Of a stretch of DNA of 64,000 nucleotides, positions 51,827-61,716 are shown in pieces (positions within the stretch are counted from its first letter, which is position 1; each line of letters opens with the position of its first letter). The notes under the pieces are model-generated. The model did not search any database. It saw only the letters and a list, made by a program, of their open reading frames with translations, and was not told where the DNA came from. Origin of the DNA: Schizochytrium sp. TIO01 (lineage: Eukaryota > Protista > Bigyra: Labyrinthulomycetes); the NCBI GenBank assembly GCA_004764695.1, contig SMSO01000034.1:1488001-1552000 (forward strand). Reading direction: 5' to 3'. A program made the position numbers and the translations under genes.

Positions 51827-54800
51827 ATGGGCAACGTTGTTCCAACAGGCCGAGCAGGTGAGGAACCATCTCAGCTAGTCACCTATATTGATGATTCAAG
51901 GCTCGTATTTCAGGATGAATTGTGGAATGGCAAGTTTCTCAAGTCCGCTCGATGCCAATCTGGGGGTAATTCTCTTGTAGTCAAAGTGTATGAAAAAATT
52001 CCTGCTACAGACCCCAAGGTACTTCGCCAAATGAAGAAAGAGCTCGAGGATCTTCGCGACCTGGTGCAACCATCCACTCACCCGAATGTCCTTTCGTATT
52101 GCAGGCTTGGAGAAAACTCCCGAGTGGCGTATGTCATGCGGCAATATACTTCGAGCAATTTACATGATCGCCAGAGCACGAGACCCTTCTTGGCTCCTAT
52201 GGAAAAACGCTGGATTGCGTATCAAATGTTGAAAGCTCTTTCACAATGCCATCAGTCTGGCTTAGTTCATGGAGATATCAAAGCGGAAAACTTTCTAGTC
52301 ACATCATACACTTGGGTTCTTCTTGCAGACTTTGCCCCATACAAACCCACGTTTCTCCCCTTGGATGATACAGCTCCATACAACTACTTTTTCGATTCCA
52401 GTAATAAGCGAGATTGTTGCTGTGTGGCGCCTGAGCGCTTTCGCTCCCCAACTTCAATTATTGATATTTCGTTACTAGACTCTGCAACACCACAATGCGC
52501 ATCGGTTCTTAGTGTAATGCTAGACTCAAACGTGTCCACTGTAGATGCAGAATTCGAACTTGCAGAAGCTTCTGCATCATTAGAAGCTGCAGAAATCGCA
52601 ACTGCTCAGAACGTCGGAGCTGCTGCAAGTACTGATGATGGTGATGCTTCTGACCAAGAAACTGGAAACCAAGGTAATGTCCGGTCAAAGTTATCTCCAG
52701 CGAATCGAGCTCATGGCCTTGTACGACGTCAGCGAAGCTACAGCTTTGATACACAAAGCCGTTCCTTGCGCCTAAGACCGTCCATGGATATCTTTTCGTT
52801 GGGTTGTGTCATCGCGGAGCTGTTCATGGATGGCGAGGCTTGTTTTAATCTTGCAGAGGTTCTCCGTTATGCCAACCCAGAGCATGGTGCAGAGGCTCGG
52901 GCTGCTTTGCTAAAGTCGAAGTTGGATAAAATTAAGGATCCTGCTGTCCGTCCGCTAGTTGCGAGCATGCTTTCGGCAGAGCCCTCGCAACGCAAATCTG
53001 CTGACTTATATTTGTCCGAGTTTACTGGTTTGAACAAACTATTTCCACAATACTTTGAGCGATGCCTTCATCCATTTTTCCAGGAATTTTTGCAGGAGGA
53101 GTTTAGCTCACCTGATGAACGAATTTGGGAGGTCTGTCGACGCTATGGTGCATTAGTTGAGTCCTTATGTGGTCTCGAAGACAAGCGTGGTGCGACTTAC
53201 TTCACAACCCGATGTGAGGAGTGGATTAAGCGCCATGTTCCCTTGGATATTAATTTACGAGATTCTCCAATGAGAACTGTAAGGGACGGTGTTGACGATA
53301 CTCCCTCCAATATAGAGGAGAAGGTTTCCCCAGAGGACAACCACGTTAGTCCTAATGCGCAGAAAAAGGACGAAGAAACGGTTCGCGATTTGCTGTTGCG
53401 AACTCAAAAAATCATGAATGACCTGTCAGCACTTGATGTATCACCTTCGATGCAAGCAACTGTTTCTTGGGCAAAAGAAAATGTGAAAGATCAATATGAA
53501 AGCCTTTTCAAAGAGGACATCGACAAAGGCTATGACCGTTCGCATGATCTTGATGACCACTTTACTACAGCTGTTGCTGGAGAGGATTTCTTCCTTGTCA
53601 GTGGCCCCGGGTCCTTCACGCGGCATATATCTAACGAAAATGAGCCTCTCGCACAAAGTCCGGCATCTTGCAATATTGAGGAGGATACTAATGGTGTTCT
53701 CATTATTGTCCACATGCTAGCTACGATGATGCGATTTGCCCGCTACCCAAGTACAAAGGTTGTAGCCCTCTGTATGATACTACGACTGTCGCGTTTCAGC
53801 AACGATGAGACGCGTCTGCAGCGCGTCTTACCCTACGTTGTTGTTGAGCTGAATGATGGTTCCTCTCTCGTTCGTTGCACAGCCCTGCGTGTGCTGACGG
53901 ACCTTGTGCGCAAAGTTAAAAAAATCCCAGCCTCGGATAGCCGTATTTTCCCGGAGTATCTGTTTCCGTCGTTATCACGCTTCAAGAATGATTCATCTCT
54001 TAATGCACGTCTAACCTTAGCTGAGTGCCTTCCTAGACTAGCTGAAGCCAGTGCAAAATTTCTGGAGCTCGCACGTTTGCACCATAAAGAAGATGACATC
54101 CGCAACGATCACCTGAACAATAGTGGTAATAGCAACGTGAACAATCGCGCCCAAGGTACGGAAAGTGCTGGCATGCAACGTCCCTCTTCAAATAAGCGAT
54201 CTGATCTTCAAGGGAACAAAACCGCAAGCTATGATGCCCAGCTTACCGAACTACACGATATTGTGCAAGATTTTGTTAGTAATATGATCGAACAACCTGC
54301 CGTTGTACGTCGCACTTTGTTGTGTGACATTACAAGATTATGCCTGTTCTTTGGTCGTGAGCGAACTAGCAGTCATATTTTACCAATTCTCATCACTTGT
54401 TTAAGTGAGCGCAATGACTGGCGGCTACGCGCAACTTTTTTTGAGCACATCCCCGGTGTGAGCGCTCTTGTAGGCCCCCTCGCTCTTCAGCAATTTCTGT
54501 TGCCGTGTATCGTTCAAAGCTTATACGAGTTCGAGGAGCTCGTAGTTGAACGAACCCTTACTTGTGTGTATAGTTTGACTGAGCTTGGCCTCCTCGGAGT
54601 GACAATGATGACTGAGCTTACTGCCAAAATTCTACCACTGGTATATCATCCAAGCATGTGGATTCGTAATGCAGTGGTTCGCGTTCTTGCGTCCCTTGTT
54701 TCATCCAAGCGAATGACTATGGTAGAGGTCCAAGTCACAATTGTTCGTTTGATCGACCCATTCTTAAAGGAACCTGGGATGCGTAGTGCGTTACTACTTG

Positions 54801-57403
54801 GTTACTCTAAAGACGTTCAAGAGAATGAAGCTATACTGCGTGAACTTCTGGTGGACCAAATACCTCGCGACGTGTACGAGACAGCAGCGGCAAAGTACGA
54901 TGCAGAAGCCTCTCCCTCGAATAGCCATGCCCCGGTTGTAGCTTCAAGACCCCCAGAACCCCCTTCCACACCTCAACAACAAAGAATGAGTCCTTCATCT
55001 GAACCTGCATTACTCAATGCTGGATCTTCCTCTTCTTCCTCTTCCTCTTCGTCGGCAATGCCTTCCGCTCCTAATCAAGGCACAACAAATAACTCCGAAC
55101 ATACTTCATCTAGCTCCGGAACATCATGGTTAAAATTATCGCACAAGACCCCAAAGAAGAGCGAAAGTGCGAAGCAGAGTGCTGTTACTGCTGAAGCAAA
55201 CGATTTAGCTGCTTCTCCCCATGCCCATGCGCTGCAAATGTTGGAGCCATTCTTCAAAGCCTCGGCAAGTTTAACAAGAGGCAAACGCGCATACAACCTG
55301 AAGTTAGAGCTTGACTTGCCAGCCGACTATGCTGAAGCTTTGAAGGGCACTGACATTGCAATTCTTGTTCCCGAACAAAGCTATGTAACACTAGCCATTC
55401 ATAGTCGTTACTCTGAATACTTGGATCAAATGGCTTCGGTCTTAGGTCCAGGTGTACTTATGCAGCACCAGCAGCCTGACTTTAAACGTATAGTCAACTC
55501 CTTTGGCATTGTTGCACGCTCAAGACGGCACGGGCCTAAAGGTCCTGATACCGCAGAAGCTCTTTCTGGGGGAGTACAGCGCTTGACGCAACGCATTCGT
55601 GCACTCGAAGTACCCCCTTTGCCACCCGACATGGGAACACTTCGAAAGTTGGATGGTAGTCATTATGTAGCTACAGTGCGACGGCATTCAGCCCAAGTGG
55701 GCAGCATGTGCGACTCTGCTGAGTCGAGTCTAACACGTGATGCTGCGGCTACACCCTCTGATCGGCCTTGGAGGCCCCGAGGTGTGCTAGCTGCAAATCT
55801 ATATGGTCATGATAGCGCTGTAAACCGTGTAGTGACTTCTCAGGATAACTTGTTTTTTGCCACTGGATCTGACGATGGAACTGTTCGTTTGTGGATGACC
55901 GCCGGCTTGGAAGATGGCTATGGAATTCGACCAAAGTTGACGTATGCAAGCCAGGGTGGTTGCATTGCAGATTTGGCAATCATCGAGAACACACACTCTG
56001 TAGCGGCTGCCTCAACAAGTGGTAGCGTTCATGTTTTCAAAGTTGAGCATGCACTAGATGTGACTCGTGCAGCGATTGATCCAAGTGACCTTTTTGGACC
56101 TTCAAGTTCGGTGGTCATCTCGACTGGTGATGGCTCTATTGAAGACCGTTTGCTGGATAAATCCGAAACACGCTTTGCGCAAGCAAGGGCAGCTGCCGAT
56201 GGTTCTCTGCGGGACGAACGAGAGTTTCGTACGGGTGCAACAGTTGGTGGCTCAGTAGGGGTAGGGGCTTCTGGTTCTGGCGCACAGGCCTATGCACAAA
56301 GCGGAACCAGAAGTTCTAACTTAGGAACTCCTCAGCAACGCAGCCTTGGTGCCAGTACGGTGCTCGAGCTAAATGTTGCCCAAGATGGCCCAGTTCGTGC
56401 AGTTTGCCACTTCACGACCATGAGCGAGTCAATGCTTGTTTTTGCTAGTGAGTCAGGTGCTATTCATGGCTGGGATCTTCGTGCGCGCAAACGGGCTTGG
56501 GTACTGCGCGTTGGCCCTCAAGCTGGCGTCATTACGTCTTTGGCTGTTCCGCCTGAGGGGGATCCCATCTGGCTTGTTGCAGGAACCTCACGTGGAGTTA
56601 TTCTGCTCTATGATTTGCGGTTTTCTATTCTTCTCAAAGCTTGGCGCCATCCCAGCCACGCACGGATTCACCGTTTGCACTTATCTCGTGCAACATGCAG
56701 TGATCCATTCCTTTATGTTGCTGCTGGTGTCAATACATTTTCTTTGTATAATATTGCAAGTGGCGAAATGGTCCATTCCTATCGCACAGTGTCAACCAAG
56801 GCAACTGAGAGAGATGCAACCCAAGTTGAGAACCTTGAGGAGGTCGATGTACGAGCTTTAGCAGTTCAACCTGCTGCACGAGACCCGATTTGGTCCCATC
56901 TGGCTATGGAAGAGCTTGATGCATCACGCTCTCGAATGGAACCTTCAGTGCGCGCTGTCGTCTGTCCATTTGATATGTCAGATGTAAGGACTCACATGTC
57001 ACACATCCCAACAACAGTGTTGTCCGCAGGAACAGATCGTCGTATCAGATACTGGCATCACGATCCGTCGCTGTGTTACTCAATTTTCGACCAAGAATTT
57101 GGCAACTCAGTCAAACAGTACTGGGACTCAATTGGTAAAGTCGTTGTTTGTCGTGAAGATATTGCAGGGCACAAAGAGTTGCGACAGCAGATGCACTCTC
57201 AGCTGCTCCAACAACGCCAGCAGCAACAACTTTCTGGTGAAGGTCGAGGGCTGCCGCATCCATCTACAAACCACGAAGATGCGATCCTAGATCTTGCCTT
57301 TCTTAATGCCTCAGTGCATCTTGGAGGGACCTCAAGCCATCGCTCCTCGTCTGGATTCTTGCTTTCTGCATCTCGAGATGGTATTGTCAAAGCATGGGCG
57401 TAA
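51827..57403 (+). CDS. VPS15: Vps15 / phosphoinositide 3-kinase regulatory subunit 4
   Basis: N-myristoylation MGN; kinase domain (STRPFL..EKRWIAYQ, HGDIKAEN, DFAPYKPTFLP, YFFD, APERF, MDIFSLGCVIAELF); HEAT repeats (DETRLQRVLPY, IFPEYLFP, DWRLRA.FF); C-terminal WD40 (WRPRGVL...SASRDGIVKAW). Confidence 0.97.
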   Translation: MGNVVPTGRAGEEPSQLVTYIDDSRLVFQDELWNGKFLKSARCQSGGNSLVVKVYEKIPATDPKVLRQMKKELEDLRDLVQPSTHPNVLSYCRLGENSRVAYVMRQYTSSNLHDRQSTRPFLAPMEKRWIAYQMLKALSQCHQSGLVHGDIKAENFLVTSYTWVLLADFAPYKPTFLPLDDTAPYNYFFDSSNKRDCCCVAPERFRSPTSIIDISLLDSATPQCASVLSVMLDSNVSTVDAEFELAEASASLEAAEIATAQNVGAAASTDDGDASDQETGNQGNVRSKLSPANRAHGLVRRQRSYSFDTQSRSLRLRPSMDIFSLGCVIAELFMDGEACFNLAEVLRYANPEHGAEARAALLKSKLDKIKDPAVRPLVASMLSAEPSQRKSADLYLSEFTGLNKLFPQYFERCLHPFFQEFLQEEFSSPDERIWEVCRRYGALVESLCGLEDKRGATYFTTRCEEWIKRHVPLDINLRDSPMRTVRDGVDDTPSNIEEKVSPEDNHVSPNAQKKDEETVRDLLLRTQKIMNDLSALDVSPSMQATVSWAKENVKDQYESLFKEDIDKGYDRSHDLDDHFTTAVAGEDFFLVSGPGSFTRHISNENEPLAQSPASCNIEEDTNGVLIIVHMLATMMRFARYPSTKVVALCMILRLSRFSNDETRLQRVLPYVVVELNDGSSLVRCTALRVLTDLVRKVKKIPASDSRIFPEYLFPSLSRFKNDSSLNARLTLAECLPRLAEASAKFLELARLHHKEDDIRNDHLNNSGNSNVNNRAQGTESAGMQRPSSNKRSDLQGNKTASYDAQLTELHDIVQDFVSNMIEQPAVVRRTLLCDITRLCLFFGRERTSSHILPILITCLSERNDWRLRATFFEHIPGVSALVGPLALQQFLLPCIVQSLYEFEELVVERTLTCVYSLTELGLLGVTMMTELTAKILPLVYHPSMWIRNAVVRVLASLVSSKRMTMVEVQVTIVRLIDPFLKEPGMRSALLLGYSKDVQENEAILRELLVDQIPRDVYETAAAKYDAEASPSNSHAPVVASRPPEPPSTPQQQRMSPSSEPALLNAGSSSSSSSSSSAMPSAPNQGTTNNSEHTSSSSGTSWLKLSHKTPKKSESAKQSAVTAEANDLAASPHAHALQMLEPFFKASASLTRGKRAYNLKLELDLPADYAEALKGTDIAILVPEQSYVTLAIHSRYSEYLDQMASVLGPGVLMQHQQPDFKRIVNSFGIVARSRRHGPKGPDTAEALSGGVQRLTQRIRALEVPPLPPDMGTLRKLDGSHYVATVRRHSAQVGSMCDSAESSLTRDAAATPSDRPWRPRGVLAANLYGHDSAVNRVVTSQDNLFFATGSDDGTVRLWMTAGLEDGYGIRPKLTYASQGGCIADLAIIENTHSVAAASTSGSVHVFKVEHALDVTRAAIDPSDLFGPSSSVVISTGDGSIEDRLLDKSETRFAQARAAADGSLRDEREFRTGATVGGSVGVGASGSGAQAYAQSGTRSSNLGTPQQRSLGASTVLELNVAQDGPVRAVCHFTTMSESMLVFASESGAIHGWDLRARKRAWVLRVGPQAGVITSLAVPPEGDPIWLVAGTSRGVILLYDLRFSILLKAWRHPSHARIHRLHLSRATCSDPFLYVAAGVNTFSLYNIASGEMVHSYRTVSTKATERDATQVENLEEVDVRALAVQPAARDPIWSHLAMEELDASRSRMEPSVRAVVCPFDMSDVRTHMSHIPTTVLSAGTDRRIRYWHHDPSLCYSIFDQEFGNSVKQYWDSIGKVVVCREDIAGHKELRQQMHSQLLQQRQQQQLSGEGRGLPHPSTNHEDAILDLAFLNASVHLGGTSSHRSSSGFLLSASRDGIVKAWA

Positions 57404-57860
57404 GTAATTATGGTTATTATAACATAGCAATAAAATTACTTTAATTTGTACAAACCTACCTGTTGTTCCTTGCGGTATACACTCAGACCACGTGTTGCTC
57501 GGAAAATAAATTGCCTCCCAACTTTGAGGAACTGCTTCTACATATGTGACGAGCCGTACATTTTGCGAGGACAAAACACTTTAGATAGAATGATTAAAGG
57601 CTAAGAAAAACGAACAATATTATTATGGATAAAATTCAACACAATTTGGACATAAAACAATATTAAAGGTATGCGATGTTAATTGGTACCAAAACCATTT
57701 GGTGTGACGCATGTAAACTTCTCGCTGATCAATTGAGCGAGCGAGAAAGAGAGAGAGAGAGAGAGAAAAGAGGAGGCAGGGAAGAAGTTGAAAGAGAAAG
57801 CAGGCTTTCGAAGTCCGTTTGTGACGCAACAAAAATAGGTTGAAGAGGAAATGCTTGGCT

Positions 57861-58814
57861 CTACATAAAACCTGCTTCAGCCAGAGCATCTGCCATTCGA
57901 GGGGTGTCTCTAGGGGGGCGGCCACTCCGATTACTGCGTGCGCTGAACTGACTCTCGGCGTCAAAAGCATCTTCGGTTGTACGCGGACGAGCGCCCAAGG
58001 CATCGTAGTTCGAGCGTGTTGCAGCTTTGCCAAAAATAGCCTCAGCATGCACAACAAAGAAATACATGATTCGGCTCGCAGCATTTACTTCGGGACCAGG
58101 TTGTACAGATTCCAACAGAAAATGGGGGCCCAACGAAAGTGCGTTAGCAGTTGGGTCCGACGAAGAATCCCGAATCAAAGCAGCAATCTCTCCAAGGGCT
58201 TCACGGCCAGAGATTTTCAATTGGTCAATTTCAGGAGCAAACTTCATGGCAACCTCAGAACTGCTGCTGTCCTCTTTAAGCTTACTACTAGCACTTAGAA
58301 GCATCATGAATCCTTTAGCAGTCACAATACGGGGAGAAGCATTTTGAAATACAACAAGAAGAGCCTTTGCCCATGTTGAAGCATCAAAGTTGCCGCACAG
58401 CTGCCGTAGCTGCGCGTTAGTCAAGTCGTCGCCGTACGTGTCGACCGCTGCTAAAATCTGATCCAAAGCTCGATTAGCTGTAAATTCATAATCGCAATAA
58501 GAGATTAGGTACTTAGTGGTGTCAGTCTCAAAGAATCCTCACAATAGATTCATCATCTCTGCAGCACATACATGAAGATCTAATGTTAGAGTTTCAAGGC
58601 CCATGAATCCTTCTACATGAGCACCTTAGGAAATACCAGAGAACATGCCTGTTTATAGCTAAATAAACAAAAACTTACCATCGCGGTCTGGAATGCGCAC
58701 AACATTCACAAGGAGATCCCCAGCCTGGTGCTCATTGTGTCGTAACCATGACACAATAAATGGGATATGCGGAACAAGCTTTGTAGTGCGTGCACGCAGT
58801 GCCTTGGCGTCCAT
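57861..58814 (-). CDS. Small divergent RhoGAP-like protein; join(58679..58814, 57861..58477), 250 aa
   Basis: Exon 1 reads MDAKALRARTTKLVPHIPFIVSWLR...NVVRIPDRD. A phase-1 intron GTAAGT...TTTACAG (58478-58678) restores frame into the track ORF. The C-terminal LSLGPHFL...RIMYFFVVHAEAIF resembles the end of a RhoGAP domain. Confidence 0.6.
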
Positions 58815-59784
58815 CTTGCTGTTTCAAAGCTTGAAACGTGCCGCAATTTTTACTCCTGAGCTCTGCAATTCAGGTCTACTAGCCCCAGTCCCAAGCAAAT
58901 CACCCTTGCACCTTCTGACTTTCTTCGCTCACACGAGAAAGGTTTCTCCTAGAGCGTGAGGGTTTGATAAGCGCCAAGTAGCTGGTGAGTAATACTCCTC
59001 TTCGTGAGCGAGTGAATTATGTTAATTGTGCAGCGCGTGTCACAATCAGACGCCCTTTCACAGACGTCGATGTCCACTGTTGACGCCTCGCGACGCCACA
59101 GCCTGCCAACAACGCCGACGAAGCGGGAGGCCTAGCGATCTGTCACGGGGATATGCTCCCGAACTTCGATCGAAATAACGCAAGGAGCCAGGCACGCGCG
59201 CAGGTAAGCGACTTAAGTTGCAGTTCTATTATCATGGCACTTTTTTCTGCGCAAGACCTGCTATGGTTATGGCTAAATGGACACTATTGAGCACACTCCA
59301 TATAGGCACTACCACTAGCACCGCGCTTGACCCGGGAGATGCTTTGAAGGGAAGACAATATTGGGTCAACAACTGCAGCTGGAGCAAAAGATGAGTAAGG
59401 ATGGTGGTGAAGGTGGCCCCGACATGAGATGACAAAAGTAAGAAGGTCGTATGTTCTATAAGAGAAAGAGATACAATAAAATAGTTGCAAAGCTTGTACA
59501 AAATCAGTGGATGCTATAAAAATGTGCTGGTAATATGAGAGCTAATATCAGGTGGGAATCTCTGTGAAGTCCCAAGTTTCTTTTTTCCTTTTTTCAACTG
59601 GAATTTTGTGGATTGAAGCGAGCAATGCACAGTGATCTTTCGAGGGTTACAGGCTAAGCTTATTTGATTGGACTTTATGTAGTTCGGTAGCCTCGGTCAT
59701 ACAATTTAAATAATACAAAGTGAACTACTCTCCATTTTACTTGAACGTAAAATGGAAAGCCGAACAGATTTGATTTGCATGTCC

Positions 59785-59818
<34 letters not shown>

Positions 59819-59862
59819 CAAATAGAGAACATAGCAAAAGTTGTGACAGACGTAGAGTTTGG

Positions 59863-61716
59863 CTATGGAGATTCGGAGATGTAGTCACAATAAAGCTGTC
59901 TTATGCCAGTTGCATAAAGTCCATTGCCATTGGCACAGACACACATGTCCTGTTCGCGGCAATTCGTAACGGAATCGCGCATGTCAGCAATTGTCAAGAG
60001 ATGACATGACGCATACCATGCAGCCCAAATGTAAAGAATCACGAAGTATTTAGGCCGCAAACGCCAAGCGCCAAGAATGTCTAGTCCCTCGCGCTCTTCC
60101 ACTATTACACAGCAACAGTCAACGACAATTTCAGCAACGAATTGCAAGAGTGTACCTCGCCAGAGACCAGCTTCATCAAGAGGGTGTATTGAAAATTTCC
60201 CTTCTTGTACATAATGGTCAAACGGTAGTTGCAACTGGGCTGTACTGAAAAGCGTCAATATAATCGGCGAAAGGAAGATAGCTGTATATTCACTCATCAT
60301 TTCACCAGCTACTACTGATGCAGTGAAATGTCTACGACAGTATTCCTCTATTGCGTCAGACCTTTCAATGTGGAAGAGGTCCCCAATAACCTCTCGCGCA
60401 GAATCACTATGTTCAAGAATTGATTTAGGATCAAAACCTACAGACCTGTCATCATCACTCAGGGGGGGTGCCTTGTCCTCTTTAAAATGCTCTGTTTGCG
60501 TAGTTATGGGTTCACCATCATTCATAGTATCATCACTCAGGGAGGGTGCCTTGTCCTCTTCAACATGTTCTGTTTCTTCAACATGTTCTGTTGGCGTAAT
60601 TATGGGTTCACCATCATTCATAGGCTTGGCTGCGTTTTCTAAATTTGTAACAGTCTTGACTTTATGGAGTTTGATACCGTTTGTTGCTGTTTTTTGGCGA
60701 AACTTGAGGTCAAGTTCAAGCTGGGCTGGCATTACGACAGTTTTGTTTTTGTGTTTTCCAAAGATACGCGCTTTTAGTTTTTGTACCCATCGGTCACGCT
60801 TATTCATGGTAATGCGTGTAAATAACTCGCATACTGATTGGAAAGCAATGGCTGCAATGAGATTTGTAGTGTCAGAAAATCTAGAAAAAAAAAGCCGAGT
60901 TACCATTGCAGTAAATAACTGAAGCCAAATATGAATAATCCATGAAAGATCGCGCCTCAGCATATGGCCCTCAACTTTTATATTTGGCGAAAACGCCATA
61001 TACAGCGCCAGTGCTCTGGCAATGATGTAGCTAAGCTCTTTGATTACTGGAAAGATTATACAAATTGCAATAAATTTGTGGGCATCGTCAGACATAGAGT
61101 AATTACTCAGAAACACAAGAAAAAGGAAACCCAAAACAAGTATTATAGCTGATAGGAAAGCAGCAAATGGCACATTTGTGCCCTTCCCTAAAACTACCCG
61201 CAAAAGTATGACAGGGAAAAATACTGGTAAAACTGCAGCCATAAGTCCAAGTGCTGGATAGAGTGCAAACCTGAAAGCTAGAAGTGCGCCTAGTGTAAAA
61301 CTCATGAGAGCAACGAATTGACGCTTTGAGGCATTGATATAGAATGCGAAGCAGACAGGGAAGAAAAATAATATTGGAATATCCCATGAACATGTACTAG
61401 CAATAAGAATGAAGGGGTTTTTCTCAAGTGCAGGGACGATGACATGTTCTTTATCCTCAATATCAACACGCCACGCTTCTCTAAATGCGGAGTATCTGCG
61501 GGGAAGCCAGAAAAGCAGCACTGCCACTAAACCCCAGAGCGAGTGAATAATAAGCTCAGCACAAATCCGCATGGAGCGTTTGATTAATTCAGACCATGAT
61601 AAATTCTTGGTTTTGGCATCAAGTTCAATTATCAGCGTGTTGGCAAGGATACTTAACTCCTCTGGATTATGCAGGAGAGAATTTCGTCTTACAAACGATT
61701 CGAAGACTGCTGACAT
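59863..61716 (-). CDS. Multi-pass membrane protein, function unknown
   Basis: 617-aa ORF with many hydrophobic helices on both sides of a hydrophilic loop, and a Cys-rich C-terminus. Confidence 0.8.
   Translation of the reverse strand: MSAVFESFVRRNSLLHNPEELSILANTLIIELDAKTKNLSWSELIKRSMRICAELIIHSLWGLVAVLLFWLPRRYSAFREAWRVDIEDKEHVIVPALEKNPFILIASTCSWDIPILFFFPVCFAFYINASKRQFVALMSFTLGALLAFRFALYPALGLMAAVLPVFFPVILLRVVLGKGTNVPFAAFLSAIILVLGFLFLVFLSNYSMSDDAHKFIAICIIFPVIKELSYIIARALALYMAFSPNIKVEGHMLRRDLSWIIHIWLQLFTAMVTRLFFSRFSDTTNLIAAIAFQSVCELFTRITMNKRDRWVQKLKARIFGKHKNKTVVMPAQLELDLKFRQKTATNGIKLHKVKTVTNLENAAKPMNDGEPIITPTEHVEETEHVEEDKAPSLSDDTMNDGEPITTQTEHFKEDKAPPLSDDDRSVGFDPKSILEHSDSAREVIGDLFHIERSDAIEEYCRRHFTASVVAGEMMSEYTAIFLSPIILTLFSTAQLQLPFDHYVQEGKFSIHPLDEAGLWRGTLLQFVAEIVVDCCCVIVEEREGLDILGAWRLRPKYFVILYIWAAWYASCHLLTIADMRDSVTNCREQDMCVCANGNGLYATGIRQLYCDYISESP
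60448..60621 (-). repeat. Intragenic in-frame duplication (MNDGEPI..TEH..EDKAP.LSDD x2, with nested TEHVEE x2)
   Basis: Direct nucleotide repeat, with copies starting at 60621 and 60525. Confidence 0.9.
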
